A stretch of DNA of 23,955 nt from Paraphysomonas bandaiensis (GCA_965644295.1 CBFFRP010000278.1:1-23955); one strand, 5' to 3'; shown: positions 11,501 through 22,546, counted from the first letter of the stretch. The notes: generated by a model from the sequence alone, not told the origin. Made by a program: numbers and translations.

Positions 11501-13570
11501 GACCCATATAGTGTGAAGGTCATGGGGCAGCCTTCCGGAGCATCCGGGTTACCCGCACCGCACACAATTCGGAGGGCAGTCGGAAGAACTCTTCGACCCC
11601 GATCTATACCAGCCTTTTGCAATGGGCTAGGAGTATTTTCCTCAACTCCCATATCCAAAATAACCCACTGGGGCGTTGATATCTTATGTCGCCATGCGCC
11701 AACACTTTTCGTCACCCATGAACTACCACCTGAAGAATCTCCATCAAATGCTTTGAAACAGTGGTGAAGCTGGCTCTCAAAAGTGGAGCACATCACTGCT
11801 AACGGACTCGGATGGCGCGGTGACTGGAGTTTAGAGTAATTACGTGGAACTTCAGTCTGCGCAAGAAAACCCTCGTAAAACTCCAGCTCGTTGATGATAA
11901 GTCTACCACTAGTTGTATTGCCTCCAACCCGAGTAATTTCAAGTTTCAAGTATCTGTGCAATCGCATCGTAAGGAAAAAGCAAAATAATATATACCATAG
12001 CATTGTAAAGTATAAATCATTACAACAGACCTGTATCCCTCTGGCTCGCTTAATTTGCGCCAAAAGCCCTCATGAATAATATTTCCTTTCCACTCAATGG
12101 AGCCTTCAAAACTGGAAGTTCCAAACGGGTCCGTTGGCAGCACCTCACCTAGAGCCAAATCTGCTGACCAAATAGTTTCTGTCTGCCCCCATGTGTCTAA
12201 CAACTCTGCTTGCTTTTCATATTCCACAAACTGTCGGCCTACGCATAAACAAACATACATCACTCTAATAATAGTCGCAGAATACAATATTACCAGATGC
12301 TCTAAAGTCCACACCACTGATTGTATTCCCCCTGAGAATGCCCCACACTGACCCCCACGTGCGAGCATGGGGATGCTGAGTGGCAAAAAACAAGTGTCCC
12401 TGTGTCTCTACCCGAACTAAAGCACCACTGCTGTCTGCCCATAATCCTGTCAGGTTTAAAGCGGGTACTGGAGATGACGGTGAGTCGTGTTGTTCTCGAA
12501 GTGGGCTTAACGTAAGAGGATGCCACCCCTCATATCGCCCTCTTACCCCTTGTCCAGAGGATACATTGAGCTCAGTGAGAGGCACAAAACTTATGTTCAT
12601 CACCCTCGGGTCAGTACCCAGTACTGACTGGACACCGTGCCCATCATTTAACGACTCACGTACATTGTACTCCATGAACGACTGGAAATTTTCGTTAAAG
12701 TGGTAGAAGTTATCTTCCATTTCACGCTGGAGGACTAGTTGATGCAAGCGTAAGTCGCTGTCAAAATAAACCCGTGTAATTAGGGTCTCATATCCAGGTT
12801 GCTTGACCATGATGTTTAGATGCCGAGGAGGGCCGTAGGAAGGGGGCAGTGTTGTGCGTATCTCGAACCCGCCTTCCGAATCAGTGACAACCTCACCGCG
12901 ACACGACAGCGAGCGCATGGTTGCTTCGCTCCATGATGAATCCTGTATTACATCCACCATACCTTGAGCACTATGCTCAATTAATAGTCTGGTATCAATA
13001 TGCCAAAATTCGATCGTTACACCACCCAATGATTTGCAAATGTCCCCAAAGCGTGCACGCAGTACTCCATTGATTCGTAGGTTAGTAAGTTTCATGGGAG
13101 TAAAGAGTGGTGGTATACCGCTATCGATACCATAATAAGGTGGGATAAGGTAATCGTCATCCTCAGACTCTATACACATATGTGCATCACTAGTAGTGAG
13201 AAGAGGTGGTGGAATGAAGTCCACAGTATCAAGTGCTGTAGGTTGACAGGGACCACTAGGACTACACACTGCACTGGGACAACCCCTACTGGCATCGCTT
13301 AAACTCACATTGTCCACACACACGGGAAATATATTACTGCCTGTACATGAAAGTGTCACTGAATCAAAATTAACCCATGCACTGTGCGAGGAGAGCCAAT
13401 GTGTACTATACGATGCAAACGCTTCAGAAAACAGACCGCCTGAGATGGAAGCCTCGCCAACTGTAAACAACACATTACATTAATTGTCTCAACACCATCC
13501 ATTATACTCATAACGTACCGGATACTGCAGCTAGGGAGGTATAAATAAGGAGGAGAATGACGGGTGCCAT
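8587..13570 (-). CDS. Secreted cysteine-rich mosaic protein (~1419 aa): signal peptide + intradiol ring-cleavage dioxygenase-like domain + small beta-barrel + F5/8 type C-like domain + GCC2/GCC3 (ephrin-receptor-like) Cys repeats; 14 exons
   Basis: Exons 13570-13519, 13460-12294, 12238-12031, 11953-10710, 10654-10562, 10486-10133, 10079-9903, 9852-9691, 9644-9536, 9475-9432, 9383-9261, 9213-8967, 8914-8749 and 8700-8587 are joined by GT-AG introns of ~47-77 nt. They total 4260 nt and stay in frame to TAA. The protein starts MAPVILLLIYTSLAAVS. Dioxygenase motifs: PPYY, LRINGVL...CKSLGGVTIEFWHID, RGEVVTDSEGGFEIRTTLPPSY, HLNIMV..PGYETLITRVYF. Discoidin motifs: AFDGD....W, QWVILDMG, FTLYGS. There are many CP(A/P)G.YCP.GS and CPAG.(Y/F)G...GL....CSG.C repeats. 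No C-terminal TM segment. Confidence 0.88.
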
Positions 13571-14231
13571 CAATCAGATAATGAGATCCTATAAGGATAG
13601 AACGCCTATTAGATACCCCTGTAATGAGAAACCATACACAACCACTTGAACTGTTTGAGTGGTATGGGAATGGAGAGGGAGTTGAATGTGTCTCTTCATG
13701 AACATAATCACAAGAAACGATCCATATGAATACCTACATACACATACATACATATATATACATATATATATACATATATCTATACAGTCTACCTGCTGTA
13801 CACGTACATTATATACAGGCATATGGCAACTGAGCATATACAGTGGTGTATACACATGGAATACATCGTTCACAACTATTTCAGTTAAATACTCGAAACG
13901 GACTTTTTTTTCGTGTGTGATGAAGTTTTCGAATGCTATTTTCATGACATAGAAAACTAGGGTTTTACACTACTGGACTTACAATATCTTCATATTTTAT
14001 TGCAGAAATTCGTACCAAGTTTTTTTATACAGTTGTACTCCTGTATACATATACATGGTGTGGTGTACAGTGAATGCATTGAAAGTGTAGTATGTATATA
14101 TGCATACATACATATCTCTATACTCTCATCATCTTTTGCATGTACTACTCTATCAACTACTGCTCATACCATCTCGATAGCTCATGACCACTATTTTTCA
14201 CAGGTGTTAACGTTGTCTTGAGCAAGATCGA
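13571..14231. promoter_or_regulatory. Divergent (head-to-head) intergenic region shared by the mosaic gene and the MAPK
   Basis: The start codons at 13570 (-) and 14232 (+) point away from each other, 661 nt apart. A central T/A-tract region contains AAAACTAGGGTTTT (13953-13966). There is a probable 5'UTR intron acceptor on each side (ttttcacag at ~14203 on +; tatgtag at ~13734 on -). Confidence 0.5.
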
Positions 14232-15724
14232 ATGTCCACTAGAACCTATCACAGATTTAAAGCCTCTGGGCAACAGTTTGAGGTAAAACAATAAGGAGAC
14301 AATTATACTTCTGTATGCGATATTACTTCAACTCACTTCATTATTTATACAGGTGGAGTCAAAGTACTCCTTTATCCGGCCGATCGGACACGGAGCCTAT
14401 GGAGTTGTAATGTATTTTTTTCTCCCCCATTTAACCCTCTACTCTCACACACACTGTATATAGATCTGCACTTGACAAATCTTCTAGTCAAAAAGTTGCC
14501 ATAAAAAAGATTACACGTGCATTTGATGATCCTGTAGATGCAAAGCGAATTTTACGAGAAATAAAATTAATGAAAAAATTTAATCATGAAAATGTATGTA
14601 ATTTTGATAATTTTTGTCAATTTTATTTAACAATATATGTACTTATATACTATAGGTGATCCGTATCGTTGACATTATCGCCCCAGCGCCTACTATAGAG
14701 GAGTTCGAAGATGTTTACATTGTACAGGTGTCTTATATACGATTATCTTATCTGTTTGTTTTAATTTTAATTGTTATTTCTTTAGGATTTAATGGAGACT
14801 GATCTGCATCGTATTATATACTCCAGACAGCCTCTCACTATAGATCATGTGCAATACTTTGTCTATCAGATATTGCGAGGGCTCAAGTATATTCACTCGG
14901 CGAATGTGATCCACAGAGACTTGAAGCCGTCGAATCTGCTTGTGAATGCCAACTGTGATCTCAAGATATGCGACTTTGGCCTGGCTCGAGGAGTAGAGGA
15001 CGAGCAGTCGGGCGCTCTCACGGAGTATGTTGTGACTAGATGGTACCGCGCCCCGGAGATAATGCTTGCCTGCCATGAGTATACTAGAGCGATTGATGTG
15101 TGGTCTGTGGGGTGCATATTTGCGGAGCTTTTGGCGAGACAGGCACTCTTCCCCGGTGATGACTACATTGCCCAGCTACGACTAATTTGTGAAAAGATGG
15201 GCCGCCCCGCGGAAAGTGACCTCGATTTCGTGACTTCCGACCGTGCAAAGCAATTTATCGCATCCCTCCCTGTGAAGAAACCGTACCCTATGACAGAGAT
15301 GTTTCCTGATCACAAGGGAGAGAAGGAGGCTCATAATCTGCTGCGCAAGATGCTTGAATTCCATCCGCACCGACGTATATCTATCGAGGACGCTCTTGCC
15401 CACCCATTCATGTCGTCTCTACACAATCCTGATGATGAGCCTATTGCGGACTTCACATTTGACTTTGCTTTCGAGGACGATGACCTCTCTCGGGAGCGCG
15501 TGCAAGCCCTCATATGGGATGAGATTCGCGAATTGCATCCTGACATTCCGGAAAGTTGTCCGTGTGCCACACCCAGGAGGAGGCCCAGTAAAGCGGGAAG
15601 TGGGGTGTTTGCTGATGCGAAGGCGGATTCCAAGACGGAAGTGGATGACGACAGCAAAAATGCAGCCGATGACAGCCCCAAGAGATCGGGGCGTAAGAGA
15701 TCTGCTGCCCCGTCGGAGAAGTAG
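14232..15724 (+). CDS. Mitogen-activated protein kinase, TEY activation loop (ERK/plant-MPK-like CMGC kinase), 5 exons, ~416 aa
   Basis: Exons 14232-14282, 14353-14411, 14464-14593, 14656-14727 and 14786-15724 total 1251 nt. Motifs present: IGHGAYGVV, VAIKKI, AKRILREIKL, HENVI, DLMETDLH, IHRDLKPSNLL, ICDFGLAR, LTEYVVTRWYRAPE, DVWSVGCI, and the CD domain LHNPDDEP. Confidence 0.97.
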
Positions 15725-16656
15725 CCGGCACTTACCCTTTTTTTTATGTGGGTGAGACTACGCTGTACGTTATTCAGTTATTCTGTTGCAGTAATGGAGC
15801 ACGTTGGAATCGATCTTCAGCTGCGTTGTTGTTTAATCTACATATGCCGGAATTGAAATCATAATCGTTATGTTCTTTATTTAATTGAGGAGTCTCAACT
15901 ACAACATTACAGGAATCTAAGGTAATTTTCATCTAGGGAGTAATTGTAGTTGATGTGTAGGAATATCGTCGGTGCACATTCTTTCATATAGTTTGTCACC
16001 AACAGGAACTATGTTCCCTTTCTTTTTATGGTATTTCTAAACTTTCGGCTTCCAGGATTTTAGTAGAAGTCCAGAATAAGAGTTAATAAGAATTTATTCG
16101 TATTCATGGTTGGAATAAATAATACTATTGATGGAACGCTATCTAACAATAGTATTGCAATATATTGTTCCCTATCCCTGCTGCTAACTACCATTGTGCT
16201 GTAGCAAATGTCAATACGTTCTCCAAATTATGTATCTTGTGTTGATATAAATTGTCCTCATTAAGTAATCTCTTCATAAGAATACATTTCACAAGAACTT
16301 CTTCTAAATATGCGGATAGAAACACTTCATGTAGACAAAATTCTGAATTAGTAATAGATCTATTCGGTTTATACGTATACAATTGTGCTGAGGAACATCG
16401 CAAACAGTAATACTTTCCAGGACTAAGGACATTGTGTTATTGCAGTACACATAGCTGGAAACGTTAGATAAAGCATTGCAATGGTATGGTTTCCAGCCAG
16501 ACTACTATACTATTGAAATTTAAGGCTCCCTTGCACTCACTCCTATTGACTCTAACGACATGGTAGCGTGCTTTATACAATGCTATTAATATACAATTGA
16601 CTTCATTCGTCATACTATTCGCAAAGATACTATGGGCACATGATGTACATACAGTG

Positions 16657-17190
16657 ATGTATGTATGTATGTATGTATGTATGTATGTATGTATGTATGT
16701 ATGTATGTATGTATGTATGTATGTATGTATGTATGTATGTATGTATGTATGTATGTATGTATGTATGTATGTATGTATGTATGTATGTATGTATGTATGT
16801 ATGTATGTATGTATGTATGTATGTATGTATGTATGTATGTATGTATGTATGTATGTATGTATGTATGTATGTATGTATGTATGTATGTATGTATGTATGT
16901 ATGTATGTATGTATGTATGTATGTATGTATGTATGTATGTATGTATGTATGTATGTATGTATGTATGTATGTATGTATGTATGTATGTATGTATGTATGT
17001 ATGTATGTATGTATGTATGTATGTATGTATGTATGTATGTATGTATGTATGTATGTATGTATGTATGTATGTATGTATGTATGTATGTATGTATGTATGT
17101 ATGTATGTATGTATGTATGTATGTATGTATGTATGTATGTATGTATGTATGTATGTATGTATGTATGTATGTATGTATGTATGTATGTAT
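16657..17190. repeat. Perfect tetranucleotide microsatellite (ATGT)n / (TACA)n, 534 bp, ~133 units
   Basis: Uninterrupted atgt repeats are directly visible. They generate the MYVC and HTYI artefact ORFs. Confidence 0.99.
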
Positions 17191-17289
17191 ATGCAGGCAG
17201 GTGGGAGGTATGGGAGGTGTCAGTGGTTATAAGATATATAAACAGAGTCCATACACACTCCTTATAATTTAGTGGTATATCTCTAACCA

Positions 17290-18957
17290 ATGCTCTCCTC
17301 TTGTCTCTCTGTCGCTGGAGACTCTCTTCAAGATAAAATCTCTTATGTTCGTCGTATACAGACCTCTCTGCTATGTACATGGTCTCTTATCGCTCTCACA
17401 GTGTGTGTGATCACTGGGTGGATGGCATTCATCGGTGGAAGGAAAGAACACTATAATGATGTCAATGAGGATTGGAGAGCGTGTTTGTTTGAGCCCAATT
17501 ATGTCGTGTTGCCTGTTGATGAGTTAGCTACTACCTCACCATTGGCCCCTATATTAGATGCCTTACAAGTGTCTGTGGAGGATAAGAGTCTGAATTTTGG
17601 TGCCTTCGTCAACTCTCTGATCTACATATGCTGCAACACAATTGCTTTCACGTTAATTGGACAGGTGGTTATATACCGAAGTTGGAATCATGTGGGATGG
17701 ATACTTCCGTCTGGATTCTTCGGCTTGTGGTGTTCGTTGCTCTCTCTAACGTACTACACTGCGTCACCACCACTTCCAATTCCGAACGCAACCACGTCCA
17801 CTATTATATTATTATCATACTGGCTAAAAAAATCTGTATTTGATGATATGAACGACGGTGATAATGTCTGCGGGTCGGCGTATTATTTTGTGTGCATAAT
17901 TATAGTCCTCAATGTATGCTACATCTAAAATCACAAGACTTGATCTGATTTTTACTATGCATAGGTTCTGATGATAGCTATTCTAGGAGTTGGAAATATG
18001 ATGGCATTTTCAATAGAGTGGGCGCGGTACAAGGAGGTCAAGTCCACTTCCTCTCCTCGACCTACTCTGAAGGGTTCAACGGCCGTGCTCCTTCTAACTC
18101 TTACTATGATGTGCTGTTATGTGGGGGAGTTTTTAGGTCGCTTAGTGACCTCAATCAATTCTCTGAATTGCCTAAAATCCTATGATACAAATATATCGGA
18201 TATTATATACCAGGAAGGTGATAGCTCCATGGAGATATACTATCCCGATAGCTACTACCCGTTCCAGCCGGGATATATCAACCTCACAAGTGAGTTTAAA
18301 CTAACATTAGACAGCACCATGCACCTCATTGTAATTCTTGATTTGCAGGTTTATGCTGGGCAGTTGTTTTCGTTTCAGCTACACGAGCATACTTTGGTGG
18401 GAGAGTTGCTGCGTATAAGACAGTGGCTGCGGCGTCACTAACGTTCGCTCTAACTAACACGTCCTCTATGTTCTACGTTATGTCCTTATACTATGACTTA
18501 GACTTACAGAAGGACAGTGTTTGCTTCGATTATTTCAAAGAACGTATGTTTTTTCTTGTGTACCCGTGTGCGATATACACACATATGAATATTCTGACGT
18601 ATATAGTAATTGTCGCTATATTTATAATTGTTTCTCATGATGTATTGCAGCTGAAAATGCGGCATTATACGTATATCCCAACGATTACCAGTCGAAGGTG
18701 TACTGCCAGGGAACTCGTGTGTCAACTTTTTTAGCGGTGAGATTTTTCTAAATTTTCTCCGAGATGGTGCTCACATTTGATTTTTGCAGGTTATTCTCTA
18801 CATCTGTATGACCATCATGTTCTTTCTGTCGTCGTATCTGTATATTACCCATGCTGACGAGGAGGCGAAAAGTGAAATTAATCAGGATCTTTTGGGTGCA
18901 ACGGGGGAGTACTATGACCATAGACAGGGTACACTAATGAAAAGACCAAGTGTTTGA
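17290..18957 (+). CDS. Multi-pass membrane protein of unknown function, 5 exons, ~457 aa
   Basis: Exons 17290-17889, 17965-18289, 18349-18543, 18651-18736 and 18790-18957 are joined by GT-AG introns and total 1374 nt in frame to TGA. There are roughly 8-9 hydrophobic segments (e.g. LLCTWSLIALTVCVITGWMAFIG, VGWILPSGFFGLWCSLLSLTYY, SLCWAVVFVSA, FLAVILYICMTIMFFLSSYLYI) and luminal-looking loops with N-x-S/T sites. An in-frame TAA lies just upstream of the ATG. Confidence 0.8.
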
Positions 18958-19578
18958 GACGATTGTATACGGGAAGTTTGAAGATAAGTGGTTTCGTTGT
19001 AACACCTAACTCCTACGATATTGTTTATATTAGCACCGAATTCTTACTCTCTAGTTTGAGACAAGTATGTAATGGCGGTGAAATATGAATATTATTCAAT
19101 GGCTTTTTTTTCTGCGGTGCCATATATTTGACTACATGAAACTGTGGTAGCTAAACTAATGAAACATTTTTAAAGGATACAGACATCAAAACTAGTTATA
19201 TTGTGTATCTTTTTCTGGCATATGTGCTACAGATACTAGAGGAACGAATAGATGCCCCTTAACAGGAGATGCATTTCAAACAGGTTGCTTACATCTACCA
19301 ATATATAATATGTAGACCTCGTACTATAAAGTGAAGAGTAGTAATTTGTAAGTGTATAGGTAAATTAAAAAAAATTCAATTTAAAGAACAGATCAATATT
19401 GCCAATGCATCAACTACCGAAACCAAGTCTACTCATCTAGGGGAGACATATACAAATCTCTCAACAACGTCGGAATCGCACCTTTTCGTGGTGTTCTGGG
19501 GTTAAAATAGGTGAGCCGCATATATAGTCTGCAGATATTGTTCTGCCCACTCCGTGACAAATAAACAGACATACCCAC

Positions 19579-19876
19579 CTCAAGGGTATCCGGGGTATTG
19601 GGCTGCCTGCTGAAGTCAAGCATCCGCGCTAGTTCATCTTAAGGACAGAGAGCGAAAGTGATGGCACCATGGTGCTTTGCAGTGGCGCACAAGCAGTTTT
19701 TGAGCGTGAAATAGTAGGATATCAGAGTTAAGCACCAGTTAGTTAACATGTTTCGCTACATTAGTTCTGACTCTTACACGCCTATTGCTAATACAGACAT
19801 TCACTACTCAAGGGGCTCAAGGGCATCTGGTGTATTGGTCTGCCAGCTGAAGTCATGCATCCGGGCTGTTCACCTT
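19579..19876. repeat. Second copy of the dispersed repeat, bracketed by a local ~61-bp direct duplication (19579-19640 / 19816-19876)
   Basis: ctcaagggtatccggggtattgggctgcctgctgaagtcaagcatccgcgctagttcatctt versus ctcaagggcatctggtgtattggtctgccagctgaagtcatgcatccgggctgttcacctt (about 9 differences). The interval between them matches 43-228. Confidence 0.8.
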
Positions 19877-21244
19877 CAGAACTCAAAAATTCAGAACTAG
19901 ACAGTTATCGTCAAATGATTGCCACTTTGTATTTACTTAACTACTTGAAGAATACTTGCGTGTAAACTCATGCCGATAAATGTGCTTTTGATAGTATACC
20001 GTTTTCATATGTATAATTTTTTTCAAGAAAATATTTCGACTCTAGCCAACAACATAAAACTTGGAATCTGTCAATAATATTCAGCAATTGTACACCATCA
20101 TAGTTTAGAATTAACCTTGATGCTTGATAGCTCTACATCTTGTAGATGCATTAGCTAACCGTTGTAGTATTTAAGTCCTTCGTACTTCGTATATAACTAC
20201 CTTAATATCAATTGTACTTACGTTAGTTAGCCTCGATTACAATGCTATATTATTATTATCTACATCTACATGTAAACACACAGAATGTGTGTATATATGC
20301 ATACACACAAACACATATCCACATAATTTCTATGGGACGGCAGTGATGCACTTAAATCTAATCAAATCGATTGATATGTCTCACCAATGCCCTCCATCCA
20401 TTGCCGTGACATACTTATTTGGACACGTTCCAAATTTCTGGTGAGTATATGACCTCACAGTGAACTGTATGGGATCCCGTCTTTTTGGCCGTGATCCGCC
20501 TAAAATACAAGCTACAGGGATGATACGTGACCCCCACACCCTCTCTCCTCTCCAAACACTTTATATGCAATAATAAGTCAGCGATACAGACTCCTGAGTG
20601 GTTAACGTATCCCAGTGATCTGCATATAGAGATCGATAACCCATCTGAGGACTCAGTGTTATTACTCAAGACACTGGGTGTAATAGTAAATGAGTGTAGG
20701 CAAATTTAACATCCCCCATTCCAAGAAAGATAGTGTGCATGTTTCTGTATACTTTATATTTCGGGAATAAATTGAAGCAGAAATCCTTTACATTACTGCA
20801 ATACAACTACGGCTATAATACAGATAATTGTTGTCTCAATATTAGTGGCATCTTTCAACAAAAATGGTGTCCCTTTTATGAGCGAGGATCATTTTTTTGG
20901 GTACACTGTCGCGCATGAATGTGCGTGTATACGATACACAGCAGTAGGAAGAAGCAAGTCGTGTTGGTCATTATCAGGCAGATGCCCTTTACACAACACA
21001 CACACAGAACATCAATTGCAACACAAACTATATCTGATAATCAAGCATTCTCATTCTCTCATGAGCTGATTGTTGCAAGTGAGTGCCTTCAGCGGTTTTT
21101 GACTGATTTTCTTTAGAGCTCACAATGTGTATGTCTGATTAGAGAGGCCTCACGTGATGCTCCAGGTGAGTTGTGATCTTTCAATATATGAATGGTGATG
21201 TTTGTGTAATTCTTATTAATATGCAGTAGAAACAGCGGAACATT

Positions 21245-21980
21245 ATGATACATTGGATGACCGACAACTTGTATGATGGAGACTCAAAACGGGTGTATGT
21301 AAACAACCTTTCATGGTCAGTTCGTTGGCAAGATTTGAAGGATCACATGAGGGATGCAGGTCATGGAACACGAGCTGAGGTATGCTTCAATAAGCATAAT
21401 ATTCTTTATGATAGTAGCTTCAGCTACTGTTGTCATTTCATTCATATCAAAAGTATCGTCATGAGTATATTTTCAGGTGATGATGGGATCGGATAATCGT
21501 TCGATGGGATGTGGTATTGTTGAATACGCTACAAGTGATGACGCACGTAATGCGATTGCTACGTTGCATCGTACGGAGTTAAAAGTCGTCTTCTGTCAGT
21601 GCGGCAAGATCGGGATGATGTGAAACCTATGAGGCAGTTACACCAGAATGGCCATGGGGAAATCGGTATGTGACTGACCTAACGTACGCGATGAGCTGAT
21701 AACAAATGAGCGATTGCGTCGTAAAGATATATGACGCCTACTCTAGTGTGTTTTGCTCATAACTCAATGCATTATACCACGGCTAAGTAAGCTTGCTGGT
21801 GTACAGATAAATACGTAGTATCGGATCGCTGGGTTGCCGCTGATGGAGGTAGTTCTGGTGATAACGTTATATCCAATCGTGTGTACCTCATCACAGGATG
21901 CAAGGAATGCAATAATAGAACTGAACGATTCTATCTTGCATGGCAGGCCTGGCCTGTATTCGTCAGGGAAGAGAGCCAAA
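21245..21980 (+). pseudogene. Disrupted multi-RRM RNA/G-strand-binding protein gene (Gbp2/Hrb1/hnRNP-M/Chlamydomonas Gbp1-like)
   Basis: [24 protein letters not shown]...AE|intron 21380-21476|[36 protein letters not shown] is followed by a 1-nt deletion at ~21585; restoring a G gives GRLLSVRQDR. A second RRM starts as NRVY (~21877) and jumps straight to TSSQDARNAIIELNDSILHGRP in another frame, so its middle is missing. Confidence 0.8.
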
Positions 21981-22546
21981 AAATATATATTAGTTACATG
22001 TGATACACGCTTTGTGGTTAATCTTTGTTGACCGGGGGATAGATGTGGGACACAAGACTTTTTGCTTGAATTCTTCTTCCTTCGCCGTTAGAGTGGGAAA
22101 GGTAGTATATATCTAATAACGAATTCAATAATTATGGAAGAGGTTCTGTGTAAGTTCATTACTACCTATACTGTGAAAATGATGATGCTGTTTTAACTTT
22201 ACAGAATATGTATTAGGGGGTATGTCTTTGTGGAGCAATATTGTTTTTACTATGTATAGGGTAGTAATAAGTAATACTCACGTTGAGTATTAGTTAAGAG
22301 TTAGTAGTGCATTTGAAATTATATGTTACACAACATGAAACAAATTAGATAATCTTATTTCAACCCAATAAAGAAGTGAATTAGCATCTTATATAACTCA
22401 ATGATAATACTGTGATCATTTGTAATTCTGTGTTTAGTGTTGTTAGGTATTCAGTGGTCAAGGAAATGCATGTATAATGTATACTTTCCTTGTGTAATAC
22501 ATAGCCTCCGTGGCTACATTTGATGACAAGAGTTGCCTCTACTCAA

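Noticed and set aside
14789-15755. Several overlapping ORFs on both strands within the MAPK last exon
   Set aside because: Shadows of a GC-richer coding exon. Only the kinase frame has recognisable motifs.
16188-16420. Minus-strand fragment with a CxxC (YYCLRCS) motif
   Set aside because: I could not build a consistent spliced gene or recognise a family.
16657-17190. Possible telomeric array
   Set aside because: The tract is internal and flanked by genes, and ATGT lacks the G-run typical of telomere repeats.
16597-17380. ORFs of 200-256 aa made of MYVC or HTYI repeats
   Set aside because: Translation artefacts of the (ATGT)n microsatellite.
22272-22292. Hairpin TAATACTCA-CGT-TGAGTATTA as a possible Helitron 3' end or terminator
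   Set aside because: The stem is AT-rich with no properly placed CTRR end, and a single such hairpin is plausible by chance in 24 kb of AT-rich DNA.
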